The position numbers were made by a program, and so were the translations under genes. DNA of 64,000 bases from positions 4,697 through 68,696 of the forward strand of contig JABHFS010000052.1 of the NCBI GenBank assembly GCA_018672475.1, written 5' to 3'. This stretch comes from Gemmatimonadota bacterium. Its GTDB lineage: Bacteria; Latescibacterota; UBA2968; UBA8231. Of this stretch, positions 20,244-29,915 are shown piece by piece (position 1 is the first letter of the stretch; each line of letters opens with the position of its first letter). Below the pieces are notes generated by a model. The model was not told the origin of the DNA. It made no database searches and was given only the letters and a program-made list of their open reading frames with translations.

Positions 20244-20951
20244 TTAGGGGCTGGTCTTATCTTCCAGCGAATCAATTGCATCACGCAGTCGGGCGGCTTC
20301 TTCGTACTCTTCGCAGAGAACCGCGTGTTGTAGTTGGTGTTGGAGCCGAGTGAGGTCACTTTTTTCTTCTTCAGCAGGCGGATCAGCTTCGCTGAGATCC
20401 GGCGTTTGTGCGAATTGTGATTCGGGTAGACTGATATTGGCCACCTCGGCTTCTGGGTTGAGCGGTTCGGAAATTTGTGGCTCAAGTTCGTAGAAGCGGT
20501 CCAGCGTGTGTTCGATATCTAATTCGGTTTCGAGCGGCTCTAGACCGACCTTATCGAGCAGTTCACGTGCGACATAGATCGGGGAACTGGTGCGCAGTGC
20601 CAAGGCGATCGCGTCGCTGGGGCGCGAGTCAATGTCCTTGATCTTGTGATCTTTTTCGATGACGACTTTGGCGTAGTAGATCGAGCGACGCACATTGTGG
20701 ATGATAACCTGACGCACGCCAATGGTGAGGCAGTCGAGCATGGAGGAAAGCAAGTCGTAGGAAATGGGCCGGATGGGTTCGTCGTTTTTCAGTTGCATCT
20801 GGATCGCGGCGGCTTCGAATTCGCCAATGGCAATAGGCAGGAGCCGCGGTTGTCCGCCTTCTTTCTCGCTCAACCACACCAAGGGCCTGTCCTCTCGCAA
20901 ATAAGGGCTGACTTTGACCACGGTCATCTCGACTAAGGAAGCTTCACCCAT
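20244..20951 (-). CDS. bifunctional nuclease (DUF151/BFN) domain protein with C-terminal UVR motif, paralog 1
   Basis: BFN core (IGEFEAAAI, RPSDAIALALR) plus UvrB/C motif EEYEEAARLRDAIDSLE. Confidence 0.75.
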   Translation of the reverse strand: MGEASLVEMTVVKVSPYLREDRPLVWLSEKEGGQPRLLPIAIGEFEAAAIQMQLKNDEPIRPISYDLLSSMLDCLTIGVRQVIIHNVRRSIYYAKVVIEKDHKIKDIDSRPSDAIALALRTSSPIYVARELLDKVGLEPLETELDIEHTLDRFYELEPQISEPLNPEAEVANISLPESQFAQTPDLSEADPPAEEEKSDLTRLQHQLQHAVLCEEYEEAARLRDAIDSLEDKTSP

Positions 20952-21060
20952 TTATTTATCGTTCCTTGTTGCCGCTTAATTTTATCCACTGGAATCAAGC
21001 GGTATGTTGGTGTGTGGTCGTTGAAGGGATGCGAACATGCCGTTTTGTTACAAGGCTAGA

Positions 21061-21702
21061 TCACTCTTCTTCTTCGAGGCGACTAATCTCATCGCGTAGA
21101 CGCGCTGCTTCTTCGTAAACCTCTTCGGCAATAGCTTGGCGCATGCATTTTTTGAGTTCTTCTAGAGGATCAACGGCCGGAGGAGTGACGATCGATGGGT
21201 CTTCTTGCGATACGGCAATGGATTCGGCCATGGGCTCAGGGTCGATTGTAGGATCGGGCTCAACGGCCGTCTTGGCTTGGAGCGGTTCTTCGTTGCCGGG
21301 AGGAGCGTGCCCGGCTTCTTGCAAGATCTCGGCGGCGGCGTAAATTGGTGCACTGAAGCGCAACGCCAGAGCAATCGCATCGCTAGGGCGTGCGTCGAGC
21401 ACGTGGGTCTTGCCCTCGTCGTCTATTAAATGGACCTCCGCGTAATAAGTGCTCTCGTGCAGATCGGTGATTTCGACTTTTGCAACCCGGGCATCGACGC
21501 CGACGAGAATCTGATGGGCTAGATCGTAGCTGATAGGGCGTGCGGGTTGTTTTTTGCCGTGGGCCATTGAAATGGCGGCTGCCTCAAAGCGACCGATGAC
21601 AATATGCAAATAGGCGTCACCTTCCGCTTCTTTGAGTACGACCTGGGGGTATGAGGAGTGGGCATTGCTGCTAAAAACCCCATTGATTTCCATTAGTACC
21701 AT
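21061..21702 (-). CDS. bifunctional nuclease (DUF151/BFN) domain protein with C-terminal UVR motif, paralog 2
   Basis: Same architecture (IGRFEAAAI, ARPSDAIALALR, EEVYEEAARLRDEISRLE). Confidence 0.75.
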   Translation of the reverse strand: MVLMEINGVFSSNAHSSYPQVVLKEAEGDAYLHIVIGRFEAAAISMAHGKKQPARPISYDLAHQILVGVDARVAKVEITDLHESTYYAEVHLIDDEGKTHVLDARPSDAIALALRFSAPIYAAAEILQEAGHAPPGNEEPLQAKTAVEPDPTIDPEPMAESIAVSQEDPSIVTPPAVDPLEELKKCMRQAIAEEVYEEAARLRDEISRLEEEE

Positions 21703-21808
21703 AGTTATAGAACGCTATTTTTTATTGAGATAATACAAGCCAACGTGTAAAAAAATATAATACGGCCTTGGATTGGGTGTCAACCGGTGTTGGTCTTTTA
21801 GGATCAGT

Positions 21809-21958
21809 TTAACCCCCCTTTTTCTCCCGTATCTTTGATTCGAGTTCCTCAAGCTGGAGACCTAGCTCTTTGGTGCGTTTAGTAAGTCGCATCAGGTAGG
21901 CGAAAAGTACGATCCAGACGGTTGAAAAGGCGGCGAACAAATAGTGGAGATTATCCAT
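21809..21958 (-). CDS. ccmD: heme exporter protein D (CcmD-like small membrane protein, 49 aa)
   Basis: Unlisted small ORF directly downstream of ccmC: MDNLHYLFAAFSTVWIVLFAYLMRLTKRTKELGLQLEELESKIREKKGG; single TM, position and size typical of CcmD. Confidence 0.55.
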   Translation of the reverse strand: MDNLHYLFAAFSTVWIVLFAYLMRLTKRTKELGLQLEELESKIREKKGG

Positions 21959-21963
21959 AATTT

Positions 21964-22632
21964 CTATGCGTCGTCTAGTTTCTGCCGCAGACGTACTACG
22001 GCTGACTCAATACGGGCCAACTCCATGCGTTGGGCCACGAGGTGAAAGAGCAAGAGGAAAAAAGTCGCGTAGCAGATCCATTTGGCGTATTCCATCGTCG
22101 GCTCAAGGCCTACATTGCGCGGCGGGTGCAGTTGTTGGTCGGCGGACCATAGGTCGACCGCATAGTAGACCAGGGGCACATTCGCAAAAGCGAGAATGCC
22201 CATTACAGCGCCTAAACGCGGTGCCTGACTGGCCTGGGCACCATAATCCCGCACCATCAGATAGGCCACGTAGATGGTGAACGTAATCAGCATTGAGGTC
22301 AAGCGCGGCTCCCACCGCCAGTAGACCCCCCAAACGGGTTTGGCCCACAGTGGCCCGGTGATTAGGACGATCAACCCAAACATGACCCCCAACTCGGCGG
22401 CAGATAAGGCTAAGCGGTCCCATTTCTCCTCGCGGGTACGCAGATATTGGATACTACCGATAAAGACCAAGAAAAAGGCCAGAAACGCAGACATTGCCGA
22501 AGGCACGTGAAAGTAGAAGATGCGCTGAATAATGCCCATCTCCTTTTCGGTCGGGACCCAGAGAAAGACCGCGGCTAGAGCAATCAGCATAGCCGCAAAT
22601 AGCACATAAGAAACAAGGGTCGAGCGCATCAT
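21964..22632 (-). CDS. ccmC: heme exporter protein C
   Basis: Trp-rich WWD-type motif WGVYWRWEPRLTS, 6 TM. Confidence 0.9.
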   Translation of the reverse strand: MMRSTLVSYVLFAAMLIALAAVFLWVPTEKEMGIIQRIFYFHVPSAMSAFLAFFLVFIGSIQYLRTREEKWDRLALSAAELGVMFGLIVLITGPLWAKPVWGVYWRWEPRLTSMLITFTIYVAYLMVRDYGAQASQAPRLGAVMGILAFANVPLVYYAVDLWSADQQLHPPRNVGLEPTMEYAKWICYATFFLLLFHLVAQRMELARIESAVVRLRQKLDDA

Positions 22633-23333
22633 TCCTCGATCGCGTATTCGAAAAGCATCAATGAGAGCACTGTAAAAACCACCGCATACACCCCGAGCAT
22701 TTGCATATGCGGGAGCAGTTCGGTGAAATGACCGTTTGCCAGCACGATTTTCGTCGCCGCAACACAGGAGATCAGCGCGGGCAGGATCATCGGCAGCAGC
22801 AAAAGCGGCAACAATAGTTCGCGCAGGCGCATATTGTTTGACATTGCCGCGAAGAGTGTACCGACCGACGCCAGGCAGGCCGATCCCAGGACGAAGACGG
22901 CCAGTAGGGGCACTAAAAAGAACCCTAGTGATAGGTTAAAGAAGAGGGCAAAAAAAGGCAAACTCAAGAGCTCGATGGCCAAGAGAAAAACCAGGTTGCC
23001 CACCATTTTGCCCAGATAGATCGCGCCATGGTCCCCAGGTGCCAAAAGCAATGCGTCGAGTGCGTCGTTTTCGTGTTCGTCGGCGAAAGAGCGGCCCAAG
23101 CCCAGCAGACTGGCAAATACATAGGAGGACCACAGCACGCCGGGTCCTATTTCGCGCAGGGCAGCGCCGCCCAATTCGAAGGAGAAGTTGAAAACCAGCA
23201 ATACCAGCAAGGTAAAAAAGACCATCGGGCTCAGGCGTTCTTTGGTGCGCCACTCGGCCTGCAGATCTTTGCGCAGTATTGCTAGCGCCCGCCCAATAAA
23301 ACTCATAAAGCCGAGTCCAAGTAGGGCGCGCAA
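22629..23333 (-). CDS. ccmB: heme exporter protein B (ABC permease)
   Basis: 234 aa polytopic, between ccmA and ccmC. Confidence 0.85.
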   Translation of the reverse strand: MRALLGLGFMSFIGRALAILRKDLQAEWRTKERLSPMVFFTLLVLLVFNFSFELGGAALREIGPGVLWSSYVFASLLGLGRSFADEHENDALDALLLAPGDHGAIYLGKMVGNLVFLLAIELLSLPFFALFFNLSLGFFLVPLLAVFVLGSACLASVGTLFAAMSNNMRLRELLLPLLLLPMILPALISCVAATKIVLANGHFTELLPHMQMLGVYAVVFTVLSLMLFEYAIEE

Positions 23334-24016
23334 TGCGCATATAACTGGTCGAGGTCACTGCTTAGGGCCTGGTCCAACCGCAGGTGTCCGCGTTCGAGCA
23401 CTAGCAGGCGATCGACTAGACCATCGGCTTCGTCGAGGCGGTGGGTCACCAAAATGCAGGTACCGCCATTTCCTCGGAAGAGGTGCAGGAATTGCCGTAA
23501 TGCGGTAGCGGAGCCCGTGTCGAGGCCGGTAAATGGCTCGTCGAGCAAAAGAATCGAGGGCCGGTGCAATGTCGCGCGGGCCAGCGCCAGACGCTGTTTC
23601 ATACCGCGCGAGAATGAACTCACGCGATGATGCTGTCGATCATCCAGACGAGCCTCCGCCAAGGCTTCGTCGAGCCGTTCTTGCACATTGTGCAATCCGT
23701 AAAGTTGAGCGAAGAAGCGCAGATTCTCGCGCGCGGTTAATTCGTCGTAGAGTAGGGTTTGGTGTGATAGCAGGCCGATAGCTGATCGTGCCTCGGGGGC
23801 ATCTTGAAGGTCGTGGCCGTTAATTTGCACCTTGCCGTCCGAGGGGCGACTAAGGCCGGCCACTAATCGCAACAAAGTGCTTTTACCAGCACCGTTGGCG
23901 CCTACGAGCAATACCGCTTGGCCGCGCGAGATAACAAGATTGGTGGGATGCAGGGCCGTATAAGCCCCAAAACGCTTGGCAGCGTCGGTTAGGACGATCT
24001 CGCCGTCCTTGTCCAT
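23303..24016 (-). CDS. ccmA: heme exporter ATP-binding protein CcmA
   Basis: Walker A GANGAGKSTLLRLVAGL, ABC signature, 237 aa. Confidence 0.85.
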   Translation of the reverse strand: MDKDGEIVLTDAAKRFGAYTALHPTNLVISRGQAVLLVGANGAGKSTLLRLVAGLSRPSDGKVQINGHDLQDAPEARSAIGLLSHQTLLYDELTARENLRFFAQLYGLHNVQERLDEALAEARLDDRQHHRVSSFSRGMKQRLALARATLHRPSILLLDEPFTGLDTGSATALRQFLHLFRGNGGTCILVTHRLDEADGLVDRLLVLERGHLRLDQALSSDLDQLYAHCAPYLDSAL

Positions 24017-25098
24017 TAGTTCCCTAGCACCCGGGTCAGAGCGACGGCGTCATGTATCAGACGTGCCCGCTGGTCGAGATAATGTTGGTCTTGCGGTTGC
24101 TCGGCATGGGCGTCGTCGAGCCGGGCGATTTCCGCGAGAAGTATTTGTCGGTCTTCCGGTGAGGGAGTGTCCGCATTGCTTGCATCATCAGGCCGTCCGC
24201 GGCTTAAAACCAGTGCAAGGCCGCTAACGAGAAATGCGCCCGCCAACGCGGCCCATTTGAGCATCCAACGCAACGAAGAGGATAGCGGCAGGGGAATTTT
24301 GACACGCTGGCCCGGAGACAATTCTTGCAATACGAACCGCCGATACTGTCGGTCGTGCAATTCGATAACGCCCTGGTCAATAAAGGGCGCGCTTATCTCA
24401 AGGGTGGGGGGATCGAGAAAAACCTCTAGGCGCTCGGTGGCATAAACGGCCTGATGCACATAGGCATCGTCGAGATCGCGCGTGTTGAGATTGAAGGAAA
24501 TGCTCAATTGTGAGCTACCGGGTGGCAAGGCTTGGTTATCAAAGAATTGGCCGGGACCGGCTTGCTGTATCAGACCCGAATGGCCCCGTAGGTTAAAGAG
24601 GCTTGGCGGCAGGGCGAACTCGGTTACTCTGCGTTCGCGACCGCTGCCGCTACCGGCATAGGTGTGTTCTGAAGAGTTGTGGACCTGCAAGAGCTGGACG
24701 CACTCTATCGCTTCTTCGCTCAGCGAGAGAAAGAGATGGTGGGAAGTTATATGGAGCGCGGATGCATCGTTGGCATTTTCGTAGACTTCGAGGATGACCT
24801 GTTGTTGCGCGCCGACCTCAAGGGTCGCAGAAAAATAGGGAACACCCTCGTAGAAGGCGGCCAATGCAAAATGCAGCCCGTCTTGCAGAAAAGGACCGGC
24901 AAAGGAAAAATTCCCCTCGGCATCGGTGTTTTTGCGCAGGACCTCGCTGACTTCCCCTTCCTGACGGATATAGAAGGCCACTTCGATGTCGGGAAGCCGC
25001 GTTTCGGTAAGTGGGTTGAGCACATAACCATTGACTGCTGCGCCCCAGAGTTCGCAGGCCGATAGGAGTATGGCAATGAAAATCAGGCGTAAGGGCAT
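24016..25098 (-). CDS. hypothetical membrane-anchored protein with carboxypeptidase-regulatory-like N-terminal beta domain, embedded in ccm operon
   Basis: Signal peptide, NGYVLNPLTETRLPDIEVAF...TDAEGNFSF (CarbopepD_reg-like), one C-terminal TM helix. Confidence 0.5.
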   Translation of the reverse strand: MPLRLIFIAILLSACELWGAAVNGYVLNPLTETRLPDIEVAFYIRQEGEVSEVLRKNTDAEGNFSFAGPFLQDGLHFALAAFYEGVPYFSATLEVGAQQQVILEVYENANDASALHITSHHLFLSLSEEAIECVQLLQVHNSSEHTYAGSGSGRERRVTEFALPPSLFNLRGHSGLIQQAGPGQFFDNQALPPGSSQLSISFNLNTRDLDDAYVHQAVYATERLEVFLDPPTLEISAPFIDQGVIELHDRQYRRFVLQELSPGQRVKIPLPLSSSLRWMLKWAALAGAFLVSGLALVLSRGRPDDASNADTPSPEDRQILLAEIARLDDAHAEQPQDQHYLDQRARLIHDAVALTRVLGN

Positions 25099-25101
25099 AG
25101 T

Positions 25102-25536
25102 TTAACTGAGCTCTGCCAGTGCGGTTCCGCACTGTGGGCAAAACTGGTCGCCGTCGCGTCGCGGAGCGCCACACTTGGTGCAACTGGGAATTGCCGCGGA
25201 TTGACGCAGGGCCGCGACTTCAGCTTCTATGCGGCTTTCGAGCTCGCTGCTGCCCGCGCCATTGAGCTGGTCTAATTTACCGATGGTGGCAAGGGCCTCG
25301 GATTCGAGCTGGTCAAAGAGGCGCTGAAAATCTTCCTCGGGCACCTTGCCGATCTCGTGGTCGAGTTCGAGCTCGATAATCGCGCCCAAAAGCTGCTCTT
25401 TGCGCTCGTAGAGCTGTTGTGTGCCGTCATCGATCGGCACGGCGCGCGATTGCCCTTCGCGCAGCAACGGACGACCCAGATAGAGCATAAGCCCTAACAA
25501 CAAAGCCAGTGAGCCAAATAGGGGGAAGAGATCCAT
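25102..25536 (-). CDS. membrane-anchored zinc-ribbon protein, embedded in ccm operon
   Basis: N-terminal TM helix, C-terminal CTKCGAPRRDGDQFCPQCG zinc ribbon. Confidence 0.5.
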   Translation of the reverse strand: MDLFPLFGSLALLLGLMLYLGRPLLREGQSRAVPIDDGTQQLYERKEQLLGAIIELELDHEIGKVPEEDFQRLFDQLESEALATIGKLDQLNGAGSSELESRIEAEVAALRQSAAIPSCTKCGAPRRDGDQFCPQCGTALAELS

Positions 25537-25590
25537 CGCGTCTACTCCACGGACTCTTGTCGAACCACACGGATATCGTTTTTGCGGATG

Positions 25591-26067
25591 CTATTTATCA
25601 TCGTCGTCGAATTGGTCCAATTCGCGTCGTAAACGGTCTTGGTATTGGCTGCGATCGGCGCGAGCAGAGCGGGCTTGTGCAACCTCGTCATTATCTCGCC
25701 CTTTCCAGTTGACCAACAAGGTGCGCACCAAGGCAATGCCGAATAACAGGGCTGCGCCGGGCGCTATCCAGGCTAGCAAATTGAATCCTTCGCTTGGCGG
25801 CGAGGCCAAACCCATTGAGCCAAAGCGCGCGATATAGCCATCGATGACCTGTTGGCGGGTCTGGCCCTGGTCCAAAGCGCTACCGATGGCTTCGCGTTCG
25901 GGTACCGCGAAGTCGGTGCATACGCAAGTCGCTAGGGACTCGCGACTGCAGTTGCCGCAGAGGCAGACTAGCTCTTCGGCGACGGACTTGATCTCTTCCC
26001 TTGTGGCCGCTTGCGCTGGCGAGAAACCGAGCAGCAGCAATGTGGTGAGTAATAGCGCGCTAGGCAT
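25591..26067 (-). CDS. ccmH: cytochrome c-type biogenesis protein CcmH-like
   Basis: Signal peptide then LVCLCGNCSRESLATC (CxxC region), TM anchor; start set to Met 12 just after ccmF stop. Confidence 0.7.
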   Translation of the reverse strand: MPSALLLTTLLLLGFSPAQAATREEIKSVAEELVCLCGNCSRESLATCVCTDFAVPEREAIGSALDQGQTRQQVIDGYIARFGSMGLASPPSEGFNLLAWIAPGAALLFGIALVRTLLVNWKGRDNDEVAQARSARADRSQYQDRLRRELDQFDDDDK

Positions 26068-28066
26068 GGTGCGGACGTTTTCGCGGCACCAGCAAACCAA
26101 CGGCGCTCGCGCGATCGACTCGAGCCAGTCGTCGGTCGCGGGGTGTGGGCCACATCGCCCATAACGCGCCTAGGACGAAGACTATGGAGCCGAGCCAAAC
26201 AAAATTGATCAGCGGATTGATGTAGACCTTGAATTTAGCACTGTGATCTGCGGCCGAACCGACTAGGATAACGTAAAAATCTTCGCGCAATGTAGAATAA
26301 ATCGAGACTTCGGTGGTGCCCTGGTCGAATGCCGGATAATAGCGCCGCTCTGGCAGCAAGGTGCCGAGGAACTCGCCGTCGCGGTGCAGACCAAGGGCCG
26401 CCGCGGTGGTGCTGTGGTTGGAAGCTTCGGCGAAGGCCAGCGACTCAAAAGAGAGTTGATAGTTGCCAACTTGACGAGATGTGCCCTTTTCGAGTACGAA
26501 CTCAAACTCTTGAGTAAAGGCTTTGCCCGTAAATCCGACAAAGAGAAGAACCAGCGCCAGATGGGTCAGATACCCCCCGTAGCGCCGCCTACTTTTGGCA
26601 CAGAGACGATAGAGCGCCATCGGGTAGTTTTCGCTGGTACTGCGCATTCGCGCTCGGGTGCCATGGTGAAACTCGGTGCCAAGTGCGATGGTGACAAACG
26701 CACATAACCCGAAGGAGAGCAGGGCATAGAGATCGCGCAGACCAAGGGCGAAGAGGATTCCTACGAAGATCAGGCCAGCCGTTACCGGAGTGGTAAAATT
26801 CTTGCGCAGGCTCTCGTTTGAAGTTCGGCGCCAGGCAAAGAGTGGGCCGGCGCCTGTCAGCAGTAGTAGCACTAGGCCGATGGGGATATTGACCTGGTTG
26901 AAGAAGGGGGCGCCGACGGTAATTTGCTCGCCGGTGAACGCTTCGGAGACCAAGGGGAAAACCGTGCCCCAGAATACGGCAAAGAGCATCCCCAACAAAA
27001 CCCAGTTGTTGAGCAGGAAAGCTGTTTCGCGCGAAGCGAAAGATTCGAGGCGGTTATCGGCCTTGAGCAGGGGCAACCGCAGCCACAAAAGCCCGAAGGA
27101 GAAGACCAGGCTAAAGATCAGAAAGGTCGCGAAGAAAGGGCCAATATTGGATTGCGCAAAGGCGTGAACCGAAGAGATAATGCCGCTGCGGGTCATAAAG
27201 GTGCCGAAAATGCAGAGCTCGTAGGTGAGAATAGCCAGGGCTAGATTCCAAACCTTGAGCATGCCTTTGCGCTCTTGGATCATAATCGAATGCAAGAAGG
27301 CGGTGGCGACCAACCAAGGCATAAGTGACGAGTTTTCCACCGGGTCCCAGGCCCAGTATCCGCCCCAACCCAGTTCGACATAGGCCCATTTACCACCCAA
27401 TAGCAAGCCGAAACCGAGAAATGTCCAAGGGATGAGCGTCCAGCGGCGCGAGGCCCTCAACCAGGTGGTGTCCAGTTTGCCCGATAACAATGCGGCGATG
27501 GCGAAGGCGAAGGGTACGACCATGCCGACCATACCGAGGTAGAGCAATGGCGGGTGAATGGCCATGACCGGGTGTTGCAAGATTGGATTGAGCCCGCGGC
27601 CGTCGGGAGGCGTGAAAGACAGCTGCTGAAAAGGATCAGCGGCGAAGAGATGTACAATGCAGAAAAAGAAGCTGGTAAAGGCCAGAGTCGCTACGACATA
27701 GGGCATCAACTCGCGATAGCGCTGGCGATAGAGCGCTACGACGGAGGCTGAGTAGAGCGAAAGAATCCAGCCCCAAAACAATAATGACCCGTTTTGGCCG
27801 CCCCACAGCGCCGTTACCAAATAAAATAGCGGCATGCTGCGATTGCTGTTTTCAGCTACGTATTCGACTTGAAAATCGTGGAAAAGCAGTGCCTGCCACA
27901 AAGCGACCACCGCAATCGTCAATAAGGCACAAGTCGCTAGGACCGCGTTTTCGCCCGAGCGCACTAGCCCCAGTTGACGGCGCCGGGCTCCCACAGCAGA
28001 GGCTATGACCCCATAACCGGAAGCCAGCAGCGCCAAGCAGAGGGCGAAATAGCCAATATCAATCAT
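26060..28066 (-). CDS. ccmF: cytochrome c-type biogenesis heme lyase CcmF
   Basis: 668 aa polytopic, WWD domain WGGYWAWDPVENSSLMPW. Confidence 0.9.
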   Translation of the reverse strand: MIDIGYFALCLALLASGYGVIASAVGARRRQLGLVRSGENAVLATCALLTIAVVALWQALLFHDFQVEYVAENSNRSMPLFYLVTALWGGQNGSLLFWGWILSLYSASVVALYRQRYRELMPYVVATLAFTSFFFCIVHLFAADPFQQLSFTPPDGRGLNPILQHPVMAIHPPLLYLGMVGMVVPFAFAIAALLSGKLDTTWLRASRRWTLIPWTFLGFGLLLGGKWAYVELGWGGYWAWDPVENSSLMPWLVATAFLHSIMIQERKGMLKVWNLALAILTYELCIFGTFMTRSGIISSVHAFAQSNIGPFFATFLIFSLVFSFGLLWLRLPLLKADNRLESFASRETAFLLNNWVLLGMLFAVFWGTVFPLVSEAFTGEQITVGAPFFNQVNIPIGLVLLLLTGAGPLFAWRRTSNESLRKNFTTPVTAGLIFVGILFALGLRDLYALLSFGLCAFVTIALGTEFHHGTRARMRSTSENYPMALYRLCAKSRRRYGGYLTHLALVLLFVGFTGKAFTQEFEFVLEKGTSRQVGNYQLSFESLAFAEASNHSTTAAALGLHRDGEFLGTLLPERRYYPAFDQGTTEVSIYSTLREDFYVILVGSAADHSAKFKVYINPLINFVWLGSIVFVLGALWAMWPTPRDRRLARVDRASAVGLLVPRKRPHHA

Positions 28067-28108
28067 ATAATAATAATGTAGAAGTAGAAATAAAAGGTGC
28101 GGCGTCGA

Positions 28109-28543
28109 CTAGCTGTTGCCGTCATTCATTGCCTGCACATGGCCGTCGTAACTCTGCCCCTCGTATTTGGAGGGGCACTTGGCGAAGACGACGTCGGCTG
28201 TAAAGGTGTTGTTGGTTTGGTGATATTCGCCTTCGAGCACGACCAGCGCCTTGTCTTTAAAGGTGTCGGGCAGGACCGCATTGCCGGTATATCGCACCTT
28301 TAGGGTGTGCTCGCCGTCGGTAATCGTGAACTCTGGACGGGAGTGATATTGGTCCCATTCGATCGAACCTGGTACAACCGTGCCACCGCCCAATTGGATG
28401 CGCTGGCTATCGCCTGGCGACTTGATGATCAGGTTTTGCAGGGTCAGGTGGGTAGCGGTCGATTGTTGCACGCTGGCGACGAAGAGATAGAGCAAGCCAG
28501 CAGCGATAACTATAGAGCCGAGCGTGAATTTATGGCGTCTCAT
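28109..28543 (-). CDS. ccmE: cytochrome c-type biogenesis heme chaperone CcmE, variant CxxxY type
   Basis: N-terminal TM anchor, OB-fold core, haem-binding region reads FAKCPSKYEG (Cys replaces canonical His of HxxxY). Confidence 0.85.
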   Translation of the reverse strand: MRRHKFTLGSIVIAAGLLYLFVASVQQSTATHLTLQNLIIKSPGDSQRIQLGGGTVVPGSIEWDQYHSRPEFTITDGEHTLKVRYTGNAVLPDTFKDKALVVLEGEYHQTNNTFTADVVFAKCPSKYEGQSYDGHVQAMNDGNS

Positions 28544-28612
28544 AAGGGTATCGTAAGGATTTTGGGGAGACTGGAAGAAATCTACTGCGCGTATTACACA
28601 GCTAGAATGTGC

Positions 28613-29791
28613 TTAATTTCCCTGCATTTCGCAAATGAACACTACCGGTTTTTGCTGCAACCGAGTCAGCAACAGAGTTATGGGTCGGCCGTCCGGTGGG
28701 AGGCTGAGCCGACGTCTGAGTTCGGGTGGTTCGATGGGAAAGCCGCGTTTCTTTATTTCTCGCGGATAGAGCCCCTCATCGCGCAAGGTTTGGCGCAGCC
28801 GTTTGAGCTGGAATGGCTGCCAACGGATGAGGCGATAACTGCGGATAAAAGGGGAATCGGTGGCAGTGTCACCACTGAGATAGGCGATCTGTGGATCAAG
28901 CTTCCACGCGCCGATTCGCCGCGCTAGTTCGTCGAGTAGATGCGAACGCACCACGGCGGGGTTGGGATCGAAGAGATAGGCCCCGGGCGGTGCCACCACA
29001 ACGTCGGGTCCGGCGGCGGTTTCGAGGGTGTGGCGTTCGGGTAGGAGCGTCGCGCGGCGGCTTGTTGTGGCCAGTTGGCCAAAATAGAGCGCTCCCTCGC
29101 GACACTGGCCCCCGGAGGAGATAAATTCGACCTCACAATCTGGGGGTAAGTCTTCCTCTGGAATAGCTGGTCCGACTTTAACGGCCAGCCGCGATACTTT
29201 TGTGCGCAGATCGGCAACCCAACTCAGCGGAGGCGAGTAACCCTCACCTCGCCGCTTGCGTTGGCCGGACCGGCGTGCAGGGTCGACGAAGACCGCATCG
29301 ACGTTCATGCGCAACGACTGTGCCTCAGCCGCGATAAAGCGCACCTGTTGCAACTCGTATACCTGACTATTGTGCTGGGCCATTGCCAGTCGTCGCCGAT
29401 CCGCGTCGACGGCTAAGACCTCGGCATGTTGCCCCAACGCGAGCAAATCACCACCGATGCCGCAGCACAAATCCATGATCTTTTCACAGTCGCGCAGCCG
29501 CCAGGCCCGGTAATGGGCGACCTCTTCGCGGGTGGCCATCTCTAAGCCTTCGCGATCGAAGAACATTTCTTCTGCCCGCATAAATTTCTTCCCGGCTCGC
29601 TGGCGTAGTTCGACGAGCGCTAGTCCCGCGCGGCACATCTCGGCAGGAAATGACCGCCGCAGTTGTTCTTGTATGCGTAGGGGGTTTTGGTCTGTGGCGG
29701 CGGCTTGTACTAATAGCTCGCACCCTTCGGAACCCTGAAAATAACGCAGTGCTTCGCGCGTTATGGGATCGCTAGAGTTCATCGCGTTCAA
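28613..29791 (-). CDS. class I SAM-dependent methyltransferase (RNA methyltransferase-like)
   Basis: Motif I DLCCGIGGDLLALG resembling cap-guanine-N2 MTase family (D.FCG.GG). Confidence 0.6.
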   Translation of the reverse strand: MNAMNSSDPITREALRYFQGSEGCELLVQAAATDQNPLRIQEQLRRSFPAEMCRAGLALVELRQRAGKKFMRAEEMFFDREGLEMATREEVAHYRAWRLRDCEKIMDLCCGIGGDLLALGQHAEVLAVDADRRRLAMAQHNSQVYELQQVRFIAAEAQSLRMNVDAVFVDPARRSGQRKRRGEGYSPPLSWVADLRTKVSRLAVKVGPAIPEEDLPPDCEVEFISSGGQCREGALYFGQLATTSRRATLLPERHTLETAAGPDVVVAPPGAYLFDPNPAVVRSHLLDELARRIGAWKLDPQIAYLSGDTATDSPFIRSYRLIRWQPFQLKRLRQTLRDEGLYPREIKKRGFPIEPPELRRRLSLPPDGRPITLLLTRLQQKPVVFICEMQGN

Positions 29792-29915
29792 ACGTTAAGT
29801 ACTTTCGGCAGAATCGCCATACGCTGACAGTTCGGCTAGGTGCAAAGATGCACAAGGACGATATGACAAAACCACTATAGAGCGCGGGACTCGGGGGGGG
29901 CGGCAGTTGACGTTC

